From an uncultured Clostridiaceae bacterium (lineage in GTDB: Bacteria; Bacillota; Clostridia; Monoglobales; Firm-18): a stretch of 51,173 bases of DNA. Location of the stretch: contig CAYVWT010000003.1 of assembly GCA_964455565.1 (NCBI GenBank), positions 1 through 51,173 on the forward strand, written 5' to 3'. The translations under genes were made by a program, and so were the position numbers. Positions 24,481 to 33,428 of this stretch are shown here, piece by piece. Below the pieces are notes generated by a model that saw only the letters and a list, made by a program, of their open reading frames with translations, ran no database searches and was not told the DNA's origin. The stretch's first letter is position 1. Each line of letters opens with the position of its first letter.

Positions 24481-25482
24481 ATGAACATTTTAGTTACCGG
24501 AGGAGCTGGGTATATTGGCAGCCATACCTGTGTGGAGCTTTTAGACGAGGGCTTTGACATTGTTGTTGTAGATAATTTTTCAAATTCTAAGCCAGATTCT
24601 ATCGAAAGCATTAAAAAAATAAGTGGGAAAAGCTTTCCGTTTTACGAGGCAGATTTATTAGACAAAGAGGCGCTTACCCGTATATTCAAGGAAAATAAAA
24701 TTGATGCTGTAATTCATTTCGCAGGGCTAAAAGCAGTTGGAGAATCCGTTGCTATCCCTTTAAAATATTATTATAACAACATTACAAGCACATTAATATT
24801 ATGTGAGGTTATGGCTGAATTTGGTGTTAAAAATATTGTGTTTAGCTCCTCTGCAACGGTTTATGGCGACCCTGCAACCGTTCCAATTACTGAGGATTTC
24901 CCACTATCAACTACCAATCCATACGGTAGCACAAAGCTTATGATTGAAAATATTTTGCGTGACCTATATGTTTCAGATAACGATTGGAGCATAGCAATTC
25001 TTAGATACTTTAACCCTATCGGTGCGCATAAAAGTGGGTTAATTGGCGAGGACCCAAATGGGATACCAAACAACCTTATGCCATATATCGCAAGGGTTGC
25101 AGCAGGACAGCTTGAAATTTTAAGCGTGTTTGGTAGCGATTACAACACAAAAGACGGTACAGGCGTTAGAGATTATATCCACGTTGTAGATTTAAGCCTT
25201 GGGCATATTAAAGCAGTTGAAAAGGTGCTTAAAACAAAGGGTGTTGATGAATATAATTTAGGCACAGGTAATGGTTATAGCGTGCTTGAAGTTGTTCACG
25301 CATTCGAAAAAGCAAGTGGCAAAAAGGTTAATTATAAAATAGTAGACAGACGCCCAGGCGACATAGCAGAATGCTACGCTGACCCACACAAGGCGAAAAC
25401 AGAGCTTGGCTGGGTGGCACAAAAGGGAATTGATGAGATGTGTTTGGATTCTTGGAATTTTGTGAAAAGTTCGAAAAAGTAG
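24481..25482 (+). CDS. galE: UDP-glucose / UDP-N-acetylglucosamine 4-epimerase (SDR family)
   Basis: ILVTGGAGYIGSH Rossmann motif, catalytic YGSTK, and full-length similarity to GalE (…DGTGVRDYIHVVDL…). Confidence 0.9.
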   Translation: MNILVTGGAGYIGSHTCVELLDEGFDIVVVDNFSNSKPDSIESIKKISGKSFPFYEADLLDKEALTRIFKENKIDAVIHFAGLKAVGESVAIPLKYYYNNITSTLILCEVMAEFGVKNIVFSSSATVYGDPATVPITEDFPLSTTNPYGSTKLMIENILRDLYVSDNDWSIAILRYFNPIGAHKSGLIGEDPNGIPNNLMPYIARVAAGQLEILSVFGSDYNTKDGTGVRDYIHVVDLSLGHIKAVEKVLKTKGVDEYNLGTGNGYSVLEVVHAFEKASGKKVNYKIVDRRPGDIAECYADPHKAKTELGWVAQKGIDEMCLDSWNFVKSSKK

Positions 25483-25505
25483 AATATAAAATATGGAGGC
25501 GAATA

Positions 25506-26363
25506 ATGAGAAAGACATTTATTATTTTAATGATAACAGTTATTTCTTTATCTGGCTGTAACATAAATAGTACAACTGAAAATCTCAATTCTACCAGTAC
25601 TTCCTTCCAAGAAAACATTGTTACTGTGGAAAAGAAGCAAGATGTTGAACAACCTATTATTTTATATAATGGTATCACATTAGATACTATCGACAAAGAT
25701 ATTGATATTGATATTGTTAAAGAAAAAGATGCTTTTCAAAAGCAAAGACTATTTGCGAAATATGAAAGAGAATATTATTTATACTCCAACAATACTTTTT
25801 TAGAGAAAACAATAGGAAAAATAGAGGAACGTGGATTGGATTATTATTGGCAAGTTTCATTTGATACAAAGAGAACAGATGATGAAGTCGCTATTTCACA
25901 ATCATATAATCCATATCCGAGGAAAATCGCAAATATTAATTCTAATTTTCCGATAGAATTCGATAGCAACGGTAAAGTCTTATCTGAAATAAATAATAAA
26001 TTTGATGTAAATTCTAAAATAAAAGAATTAAGTTGCATTGATCTTGATGGTAATGGAGAAAATGAATATATTGCTTTGTTCTTAGATGCTAAAAATAATT
26101 TTTTTGCTAAATGTTTATTGAATTCAAAGCATAATATAATTGCGTACTTAACCGTATTTAAGGAAAAGTGTGATGATTTTGATGCAGTTATAGAAAGATA
26201 TAATTTGTTAAATAGTGGTGAAATTATTGATATTAATAACGACAGCGTAATGGAAATTATAGTCACTTTGCCATCGTATGAAGGGTTTCTGTTTAAAGTT
26301 TTTTCGTATAAAAATGGTGATTTTGATGGTGATTTTGTAACAAAATGTAGTTTGCAACCCTAA
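25506..26363 (+). CDS. Lipoprotein of unknown function
   Basis: The ATG at 25506 lies 6 nt after GGAGG. Signal peptide with lipobox: MRKTFIILMITVISLSGC. Two DxDGNG/DxNND-like loops (IDLDGNGENEYIA, IDINNDSVMEII) suggest FG-GAP/VCBS-like Ca-binding repeats; this is weak. Confidence 0.6.
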   Translation: MRKTFIILMITVISLSGCNINSTTENLNSTSTSFQENIVTVEKKQDVEQPIILYNGITLDTIDKDIDIDIVKEKDAFQKQRLFAKYEREYYLYSNNTFLEKTIGKIEERGLDYYWQVSFDTKRTDDEVAISQSYNPYPRKIANINSNFPIEFDSNGKVLSEINNKFDVNSKIKELSCIDLDGNGENEYIALFLDAKNNFFAKCLLNSKHNIIAYLTVFKEKCDDFDAVIERYNLLNSGEIIDINNDSVMEIIVTLPSYEGFLFKVFSYKNGDFDGDFVTKCSLQP

Positions 26364-26377
26364 TTAATTAGGGTTGC
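26354..26377. terminator. Perfect 24-nt palindrome shared by the 3' ends of two convergent genes (probable bidirectional hairpin)
   Basis: GCAACCCTAATTAATTAGGGTTGC. It contains the TAA stop of the lipoprotein gene (26361-26363) and the TAA stop of lgt (26364-26366 on the minus strand). TTTT follows on the plus strand. Confidence 0.45.
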
Positions 26378-27158
26378 TTTTCCTATTCCTCACTATCAAT
26401 ACTATGCCACCTATCGCTGTCACTACTGCTACTATTTGTGATATTTTAAAGCTTGCTGAATATGGTAAGGAATCAACTCTTAGCTGTTCTATCCACATTC
26501 TGCCTAAACCGTACCATGTTACATATAGCAAAAATACTTCGCCCTCGAACTTTTTATACTTACGATAATAAAATAGCAATAAAAACCCTACTAAATTCCA
26601 CAGGCTTTCATATAGAAAAGTTGGGTGAACAGACATTATTTTTGATAATTCCGTATTATATATTTCCATTCTCCACGGTAGGTTTGTTTCACTTCCGAAT
26701 GCTTCCACATTCATAAAATTGCCCCATCTGCCAATTATTTGCCCAATTAAAAGACCAAATGCTCCAACGTCAAGAACCTTTACAAAGCTAACTTTTTTAA
26801 CCCTACAATATATGTACCCTGCTAATACTCCACCGATTATTGCACCATATATTGCTATTCCACCCTCCCAAATGGCTATCGCCGAAAGTGGGTTTCCTGC
26901 ATAGTCCTTCCAGTTCCACGCAACGAAATATATTCGTGCGCAAATAATAGCGCTTGGCGTTCCTATTAAAGCAATATCAACCATAGTATCCTCTGGCAGA
27001 TGGACCCTTTTAGCTTCCCGAATGCAGAACAAGACTGCAAGGAGCAGTCCTGTCCCTATTATTATTCCATACCAATATATTTCCTTGCCAAATATCTCAA
27101 AGGCTACTCGGTTTAAATTAAAATAAAGCCCAAGCCCTGGAAAATTAACCATTTGCAT
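26364..27158 (-). CDS. lgt: Prolipoprotein diacylglyceryl transferase
   Basis: GLGLYFNLNRVAFEIFGKEIYWYGIIIG and the Lgt signature GRWGNFMNVEAFG. It is a multi-TM protein. Confidence 0.92.
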   Translation of the reverse strand: MQMVNFPGLGLYFNLNRVAFEIFGKEIYWYGIIIGTGLLLAVLFCIREAKRVHLPEDTMVDIALIGTPSAIICARIYFVAWNWKDYAGNPLSAIAIWEGGIAIYGAIIGGVLAGYIYCRVKKVSFVKVLDVGAFGLLIGQIIGRWGNFMNVEAFGSETNLPWRMEIYNTELSKIMSVHPTFLYESLWNLVGFLLLFYYRKYKKFEGEVFLLYVTWYGLGRMWIEQLRVDSLPYSASFKISQIVAVVTAIGGIVLIVRNRKSNPN

Positions 27159-27178
27159 AACGTCACCCTCTAAATGAT

Positions 27179-28453
27179 TTAATAAGGTTTTATGATAGAT
27201 ATTCCTGCATTTTCGCTTACTAAATGTCTTTGAAGCCTTGCTTGTACATCTTGCAGGGTTATACTATCACACACATCTAAGAAATTAAAAAGGTCAATTC
27301 CTTTAAATAAATTCGTCACAAAGCTGTGCGACAAACGGTCAACACTGTTGAACATTCTTAAAAATTGTCCTTTTTGAACTTTTTTGCAACGCTGAAATTC
27401 CTGTTCTGTTAGGTTTGCGCTGGCTAATCCTTTTAATATAATTTCTTGAACAAGCTCTGGGTTTGGACTTTCGCCACCCATAGCTGAAAAACCATAATCA
27501 CGCTCACCCTCATACGAGGCACTAAAGCTATCATTTATCAAGCCCTGCTCGTATAATTCGTTATACATTTCACTACTTTTGCCAGCTAACATATCAAGTA
27601 GTATCGAGGTTGTAATGTCTTTTTTAAGTAGCATTTCACCCTCATAGCCAACGTCGGTATCTTTAAACCCAAGCAAAAAGAGTGGTGTTGCAACGCTAAG
27701 GTTTTGTTCAACTTTTGCTTTACTAATCCTTTCAGGCTCGTTTTTATAAAAGCGACCAATTTCTGCCTGCTCATCTGCTTTAACATATCTATCTACAACC
27801 TCTTCCACCATTTCTGGTTCAACATCGCCACAGGTGAAAAGTATCATATTTGATGGATTATAAAAAGTATTATAGCATTTATATAATATATCCTTGTTTA
27901 TTTCTGAAATTGTTTCAACAGTTCCTGCGATATCCTTGCGAACTGGGTGGTTTACATAAAGTGCCTCTAACATATTAAAAAACACTCGCCAATTTGGGTC
28001 ATCATCATACATTCTAATTTCTTGACCAATTATGCCTTGTTCCTTTTGCACATTTTCATCTGTAAAATATGGCTGACCTACAAAGCCCATTAAAATTTCA
28101 AGGTTTTCGTAGAATTTATCTGTGCATGAAAACAAATATGCTGTTGTGTTAAAGCTTGTAAAAGCATTAGCAGATGCACCAGTTTTGCTATATTCATCAA
28201 ATGCGTTGCCACCGCCCGGCTGTTCAAAAAGCTTATGCTCTAAAAAATGTGCAATTCCGTCTGGTACTGTTGTAATGCTCGCCTCACCCGGCACTATAAA
28301 CTCGCTATCTATCGAGCCATAGTGTGTTACAAACATTGCATAGCTTTTGCTATGCTCCTTTTTTGGTAGCACATATACCGTAAGCCCACTTTTGTGCCTG
28401 CCCTTATAAAGCGTTTCGTTTAATGTTTTGTTGTAAATTTTCTCGAACACCAT
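27179..28453 (-). CDS. M16-family zinc peptidase (active subunit)
   Basis: The inverted zinc motif HFLEH is present (DGIAHFLEHKLFEQ). 424 aa. The start overlaps the stop of the upstream M16 gene (TAATG at 28451-28455). Confidence 0.85.
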   Translation of the reverse strand: MVFEKIYNKTLNETLYKGRHKSGLTVYVLPKKEHSKSYAMFVTHYGSIDSEFIVPGEASITTVPDGIAHFLEHKLFEQPGGGNAFDEYSKTGASANAFTSFNTTAYLFSCTDKFYENLEILMGFVGQPYFTDENVQKEQGIIGQEIRMYDDDPNWRVFFNMLEALYVNHPVRKDIAGTVETISEINKDILYKCYNTFYNPSNMILFTCGDVEPEMVEEVVDRYVKADEQAEIGRFYKNEPERISKAKVEQNLSVATPLFLLGFKDTDVGYEGEMLLKKDITTSILLDMLAGKSSEMYNELYEQGLINDSFSASYEGERDYGFSAMGGESPNPELVQEIILKGLASANLTEQEFQRCKKVQKGQFLRMFNSVDRLSHSFVTNLFKGIDLFNFLDVCDSITLQDVQARLQRHLVSENAGISIIKPY

Positions 28454-29724
28454 TACGCTTCACTTCCTTTCAGGAAATATACCGTGTCTAAAAGTATATC
28501 CTTTGCCACTTCAATTACTTGCTCTTTCGTTACTAAGCTTACAAGCTCTACAAGCTCGTCAATTCCAATTATATTTCCTGCAATTAGCTTGCTTAAATAG
28601 TAATCCTCCATCAAAACTGCGTTATCGGTAAGCGATTTAATACTATTTATCGTGCCGAGAATTGCTGTATGCATTTCCTCGTCTGTAATATCGCCATTTT
28701 TAATAGCCTCCATTTGAATTATAATTTCATCATAGGCTTTTTGGAAATTTGCAACCTCTATGCCAGAATTTATAAGCATAATTCCTTTTAGATAATCTGC
28801 ATTAGACGAAACATAGTATGCAAGCGAAAGCTTTTCACGAACATTATTAAACAGCTTTGAATATGGCCCACTGCCAAGAACTGCGTTATATATAAGCAGG
28901 GCAGGGTATTTTGCGTCATTTGGTTCAACCATTGTGCGAAAGCCCATACACAGCTTTGCTTGTGCTATTTGCTCTGTTTCGGTTATATTTTTAACCTCGG
29001 CAACATTTTTTATTATTGATATTTTAGGGTATTTTGAGTTTTTAACCTCTATCCCTGCAAACATTTCTAAAAGCCTTTGCTCTACCCAAAATATATCAAC
29101 CTCGCCACAGACGAATATGTCCATAGGGCTTGTCAAAAAAGTGTTCTTATAATGCTCATATAGGCTGTTTTCAGATATACCGTCAATATCTTCAATAAAT
29201 CCGAACCTATCTATTCCATTTGGCTCGTCCTTGCACATTTCTTCTATGCATCGAAGTGAGGCATACTGGCGTTTGTCATTGATTTGCGATAGTATTTGAG
29301 TTTTTAAATTCTCCTTTTCTTGCTCTACATACTCCTTTGAAAAATGAGTTTGTTTAAAAATCATACTATCCGCAAGGGCTAATATGCTTTCCAAAATTTT
29401 CTCTGAATTATTTATAAATTTTTCGTTAGCAAATGATAAATTTATATTGATAATTTGCGAATCGCCTTTTTTGCGCACGCCTGTTTCAAGGGTTGCACCG
29501 TATAGCTCGTCAAGCTGTTTTGCAAGGCTTCTACTATCTGGAAATAACGTACAGCCTCTTCTCAAAACGGTTGAAAGTAGCGCATTTTTCGTCGCCTCTT
29601 CCCTCGTTAAAGGTCTGTGGATATATACTCCAAGAGTTGTAGTCTTAAACTTATTTGTGTGCAGATAATGCAAATGTATTCCACTTTTTATTTTTATAGA
29701 ATTTACGCTCATATCAAGTACCAT
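28453..29724 (-). CDS. M16-family peptidase-like protein lacking the HxxEH motif (probable non-catalytic partner)
   Basis: M16 fold-like sequence (…YIHRPLTREEATKNALLSTVLRRG…) without HxxEH. Start is ambiguous: ATG at 29724 (inside the conserved leader element) or ATG at 29712. The track start at 29769 reads through the conserved RNA element and is unlikely. Confidence 0.75.
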   Translation of the reverse strand: MVLDMSVNSIKIKSGIHLHYLHTNKFKTTTLGVYIHRPLTREEATKNALLSTVLRRGCTLFPDSRSLAKQLDELYGATLETGVRKKGDSQIININLSFANEKFINNSEKILESILALADSMIFKQTHFSKEYVEQEKENLKTQILSQINDKRQYASLRCIEEMCKDEPNGIDRFGFIEDIDGISENSLYEHYKNTFLTSPMDIFVCGEVDIFWVEQRLLEMFAGIEVKNSKYPKISIIKNVAEVKNITETEQIAQAKLCMGFRTMVEPNDAKYPALLIYNAVLGSGPYSKLFNNVREKLSLAYYVSSNADYLKGIMLINSGIEVANFQKAYDEIIIQMEAIKNGDITDEEMHTAILGTINSIKSLTDNAVLMEDYYLSKLIAGNIIGIDELVELVSLVTKEQVIEVAKDILLDTVYFLKGSEA

Positions 29725-29905
29725 TAGCCTTTCAGGCTCACAAAATTTTATTAATGTCATACCACACACTTATCGTGAGCCAGATAAGGCGTTAAAATGG
29801 TACTTTGCACATAGGCGTTTCGAAGCAGCTTTTGCTACGAAAATTTCGCCTGTGCAATAAATTCCTGCGGAGCATGTTAGTTTGAAAGCGGTTTTCTTTC
29901 AAACT
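29720..29905 (-). promoter_or_regulatory. Structured 5' leader element, copy A (upstream of the M16 peptidase pair)
   Basis: It shares identical blocks with 35777..35947 (plus-strand reading): a 32-nt block accattagcctttcaggctcacaaaattttat, a 19-nt block cgtgagccagataaggcgt, and a 13-nt block gtgcaataaattc. The blocks are separated by stems that differ between copies but stay complementary. Confidence 0.55.
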
Positions 29906-29935
29906 ACACCTCGCAAATATTTTTATAGAACAAAA

Positions 29936-29952
29936 GCCCGAACATATCGGAC
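29936..29952 (-). terminator. Possible intrinsic terminator after the 163-aa membrane protein gene
   Basis: Minus-strand GUCCGA-UAUGU-UCGGGC is followed by UUUUGUUCU. The stem is short (6 bp including G-U). Confidence 0.4.
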
Positions 29953-29968
29953 TTTTAGATTATTCCTA

Positions 29969-30460
29969 TTATTTTGCTGTTTTAAACATATTTATTTTTC
30001 TGCTTTTAATTTTTTTTATTTGAAAAAAATAATTCGCAATTCCTGCTGGAATTGAAAGAATAATTATTATAAATAAAAACCTAATCAAACGTTCGGAATT
30101 GGCAAAGTATTTAAAAAGCGGAATAAGGTTACCTAAATAATTCGCTATTTCTTGCAGCCCTATACACCAGAAAAACCCACCACTTGTAACAAACGCATAT
30201 ATAGTAGCTATTTTATATATATTTTTCGCCTTAGTTTTCCACAAGTATAATAAAAAAATACCAACTAACGCTGTTAAAATAAACATAGCCCAAAGGAATG
30301 TAGGCATTGCAAGCCCAATATCATTGCCATACTTGAACACTCTACCATTATATATAAACAAAAGCGCAATAGATGATAAAATTGCATACGTTAGCTGTAA
30401 TAAAAAATCGTTTGCTATTTTTTCACTTTTGCTTACCCTTTCATTTCTGCCCTTTGCCAT
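29969..30460 (-). CDS. Small integral membrane protein, function unknown
   Basis: 163 aa with four to five hydrophobic helices and a basic C-terminus. It begins 15 nt downstream of rsmE. Confidence 0.6.
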   Translation of the reverse strand: MAKGRNERVSKSEKIANDFLLQLTYAILSSIALLFIYNGRVFKYGNDIGLAMPTFLWAMFILTALVGIFLLYLWKTKAKNIYKIATIYAFVTSGGFFWCIGLQEIANYLGNLIPLFKYFANSERLIRFLFIIIILSIPAGIANYFFQIKKIKSRKINMFKTAK

Positions 30461-30475
30461 TTATGTAACACTCCT

Positions 30476-31195
30476 TTATATGTCGCCTTGCTCATACATT
30501 ATTATTGGTAGTACTGCTGCGCCTGCTGTTTCAGTTCGCAAAATTCTTTTGCCAAGCGTTATAGTTTGAATATTAGAGCTTTTAGCCTTTTGTGCCTCTT
30601 TTTCATCGAACCCACCCTCTGGACCTATCAAAATCCCAATATTTGTAAATTGTCTGCCGGAAATTACATCTTTAAGTCGAGTTTCGGTTTCACATTCATA
30701 CAGCATAATAGCATTTTCGCACTGAGATAATTGGTTTAAAGCCTCATCAAAGGTTACAACCTCTGTAATTTGAGGAATCACTCCTCTACCACACTGCTTC
30801 GCTGCCTCGATTGCTACCTTTTGCCAACGAAAAGATTTGTCCGACGGTTTTACAACACATCGTTTTGAATACACAGGCACTATTTTACTAACGCCAAGCT
30901 CGGTATTCTTTTGAATTATATACTCCATTTTTCCCTGCTTTGGAAGGGCTTGAAAAAGAGTAACCGAAATATTTGGCTCTGCCTCACAGCGTTTTTTAGA
31001 TATAATTTTCGCTGTAACCTCTGTTTTTGTAATGCTACTAATTATTGTAGAATAATCCTCACCCTCACCGTCACAAACGGTTAGGCTGTCTCCCTCGCAC
31101 ATTCGCAGTACCTTTGAAATATGCAAAACATCCTCACCAATAATCTTTATTACATCATCAGATATTTGCCCTTTATCTACAAAAAACTTAGGCAT
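30476..31195 (-). CDS. rsmE: 16S rRNA (uracil1498-N3)-methyltransferase
   Basis: MPKFFVD…, …LFQALPKQGKMEYIIQKNTELGV…, GPEGGFDEKE, ITLGKRILRTETA. It follows prmA, as in the Bacillus dnaK region. Confidence 0.9.
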   Translation of the reverse strand: MPKFFVDKGQISDDVIKIIGEDVLHISKVLRMCEGDSLTVCDGEGEDYSTIISSITKTEVTAKIISKKRCEAEPNISVTLFQALPKQGKMEYIIQKNTELGVSKIVPVYSKRCVVKPSDKSFRWQKVAIEAAKQCGRGVIPQITEVVTFDEALNQLSQCENAIMLYECETETRLKDVISGRQFTNIGILIGPEGGFDEKEAQKAKSSNIQTITLGKRILRTETAGAAVLPIIMYEQGDI

Positions 31196-31296
31196 ACGCT
31201 AAAAACTCCAAGCTTATACTAATTTCATTTTAAATTAGTATTATTTTTATTATTTCATAATTATAGCATTATTGGTACAAAAAAACAAGTATTATA

Positions 31297-32199
31297 TTAT
31301 AATTTACAGGTCATTGCTACCCATTCACCTTGTTTAATAATATTTGTTATTTTCAGACCGTTTTCCGTTAAGGCTTTTTCAACGTCATTTGCCCTATCGT
31401 CTATTATTCCAGAGCATATAAAAACGCTACTCGGCTTTAAATATGCCTTGATGTCACTGCTTAAAATTATAATGACATCGGCTATTATATTTGCCACAAC
31501 AACATCATATTTTCCTGTTATTGCATCGACAAGATAGCCCTGTTTTATCGTGTAAACAGGTTCAACAAAGCCATTTCTTGCGCCATTTTCCCTTGCTACC
31601 TTTATTGCTACTGCCTCTATATCCACACCTGTTGCAGTCTTTGCGCCAAGTAATAATCCAGTAATTGCAAGGATCCCACTTCCACAGCCAACATCTAAAA
31701 TATCAGTTTCGCTCGTTACATATTTTTCTAATTCTTCCATACACATTCTTGTTGTTTCGTGCGTGCCTGTGCCAAAAGCCATTCCAGGGTCCAGCTCGAC
31801 CACAACATCGTTTGTTTTTTGCGAATATTCCTCCCAAGATGGTTTGATTACTATATTTTCGCCCACCCTCATTGGTTTATAATATTTTTTCCAATTATTT
31901 GCCCAATCACTCTCGGCTACTGTAATTACCTCAACATTAGCATCTATTGGCAATAGCAATTTAACCTGTTCTAAGGCTTTATTTAAGTCGTCCTGCTCGC
32001 TTACATAGGCACTTACTATTACTATGTTTTTATCTTTATTTAAAAGCTCATCCTCGATATAGTCATAATTATTATCGCATATATCGGAATAATCCTCTAT
32101 CATTAAGCCACCAGAAAAATCTATTGACGTCATTACAGCAATAACTGTTTCGGAAATTTCCCTACTTGCTGTAACTTTTATTTGATTCCAATTATCCAT
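31297..32199 (-). CDS. prmA: Ribosomal protein L11 methyltransferase
   Basis: WANNWKKYYKP, LDPGMAFGTGTHETT and DVGCGSGILAI (SAM-binding motif). Confidence 0.92.
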   Translation of the reverse strand: MDNWNQIKVTASREISETVIAVMTSIDFSGGLMIEDYSDICDNNYDYIEDELLNKDKNIVIVSAYVSEQDDLNKALEQVKLLLPIDANVEVITVAESDWANNWKKYYKPMRVGENIVIKPSWEEYSQKTNDVVVELDPGMAFGTGTHETTRMCMEELEKYVTSETDILDVGCGSGILAITGLLLGAKTATGVDIEAVAIKVARENGARNGFVEPVYTIKQGYLVDAITGKYDVVVANIIADVIIILSSDIKAYLKPSSVFICSGIIDDRANDVEKALTENGLKITNIIKQGEWVAMTCKL

Positions 32200-32207
32200 A
32201 ATTTCTC

Positions 32208-33362
32208 CTACAGTCCAAGAGTTTCTTTCATTTTATCAAAAAATGATGTTTTTTGCTGTGAATTGTGGTTGCCAAGTGTTGCACCAAATTCTTTAAGTAA
32301 TTGGCGTTGTTTGTCTGTTAAATTTTTAGGAATTTCCACAACAACTTTTACAAACTGGTCACCACGACCGTTGCCACGAATACGCTGAATACCCTTGCCA
32401 CGAAGCCTAAAAGTTGTTCCTGTTTGCGTTCCGTCAGCTACCTTTAAATTCACCTTGCCATCAAGAGTTGGAGCTTCTATTTCTGCACCTAATGCTGCCT
32501 CGACAAAGGTTATTGGTATAGTGCAATGCACATCATAGCCAGCTCTTGTAAACAAGGCGTGTTGCCTAACTGATACGGTTATATATAAATCGCCAGATGG
32601 CCCACCCTTTTTACCGTGGTCACCCTCGCCACGAAGTGTTAAGGTTTGCCCGTGGTCAATACCTGCTGGGATTTTAACATTTATTTTACGGGTTTTTCGC
32701 ACTTGACCTTTTCCACTACAATTATTACAGGTGTCTTTTATTATGCTACCCTCACCACCACAGGCAGAACAGGTAACTACATTTTGGAACACACCAAGTG
32801 GCGTGCGAGTTTGTTGACGTACTTGCCCTGCACCATTACAAGCTGAGCAGGTCTGGGATGATGTGCCTTTTTTAGCACCTGTTCCACCGCAATCATCACA
32901 ATGCTCATAACGGCTTATGTTTAAGTCCTTTTCAACACCCTTTGCAGCTTCCTCAAAGGTTAGCACAATTGTTTGTTCTATATCTCTACCCTTTTGTGGG
33001 CCATTACGCCTTGAGCCTCTGCTTGCGCCACCACCACCAAAGAATGAGCCGAAAATATCACTTAAATCAATATCCATATCACCGCCAAAGCCACCGTAAC
33101 CTCCACCACCATAGCCACCGCCTGCGCCACTATCGTCTGTGCCTGCGTGACCAAATTGGTCATATCGAGCCTTCTTTTCGCTATCAGATAATACAGCATA
33201 GGCTTCATTTGCCTCTTTAAAGCTTGCCTCTGCCTTTTTATTGTCTGGGTTTAGGTCTGGGTGATGCTCCTTTGCCTTTTTGCGAAATGCCTTTTTTATC
33301 TCTGCCTCGCTTGCACCCTTTTGTAGCCCTAATATTTCATAATAATCTCTTTTTTCAGCCAT
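32208..33362 (-). CDS. dnaJ: Molecular chaperone DnaJ
   Basis: The ATG at 33362 lies 8 nt after GAGGTGG. J-domain: DYYEILGL…HPD. A G/F-rich region and four CxxCxGxG zinc-finger repeats are present (CDDCGGTG, CSACNGAG, CSACGGEG, CNNCSGKG). Confidence 0.97.
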   Translation of the reverse strand: MAEKRDYYEILGLQKGASEAEIKKAFRKKAKEHHPDLNPDNKKAEASFKEANEAYAVLSDSEKKARYDQFGHAGTDDSGAGGGYGGGGYGGFGGDMDIDLSDIFGSFFGGGGASRGSRRNGPQKGRDIEQTIVLTFEEAAKGVEKDLNISRYEHCDDCGGTGAKKGTSSQTCSACNGAGQVRQQTRTPLGVFQNVVTCSACGGEGSIIKDTCNNCSGKGQVRKTRKINVKIPAGIDHGQTLTLRGEGDHGKKGGPSGDLYITVSVRQHALFTRAGYDVHCTIPITFVEAALGAEIEAPTLDGKVNLKVADGTQTGTTFRLRGKGIQRIRGNGRGDQFVKVVVEIPKNLTDKQRQLLKEFGATLGNHNSQQKTSFFDKMKETLGL

Positions 33363-33391
33363 AAATATATCCACCTCATCATTAAATCAAT

Positions 33392-33415
33392 AAACAAGCT
33401 CTTACGAGCTTGTTT
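33392..33415 (-). terminator. Stem-loop between dnaK and dnaJ (partial terminator or mRNA stabiliser)
   Basis: AAACAAGCUC-GUAA-GAGCUUGUUU is a perfect 10-bp stem. It is followed by AUUGAUUUAAU. Confidence 0.45.
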
Positions 33416-33428
33416 ATATATTTTACCT

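Noticed and set aside
29720-29905. Interpretation of the two repeated leaders as a MITE or IS remnant
   Set aside because: There are no terminal inverted repeats, target duplications or transposase. Both copies have the same orientation and register relative to a start codon, and the differences are compensatory in stems. I cannot exclude a REP-like family without the whole genome.
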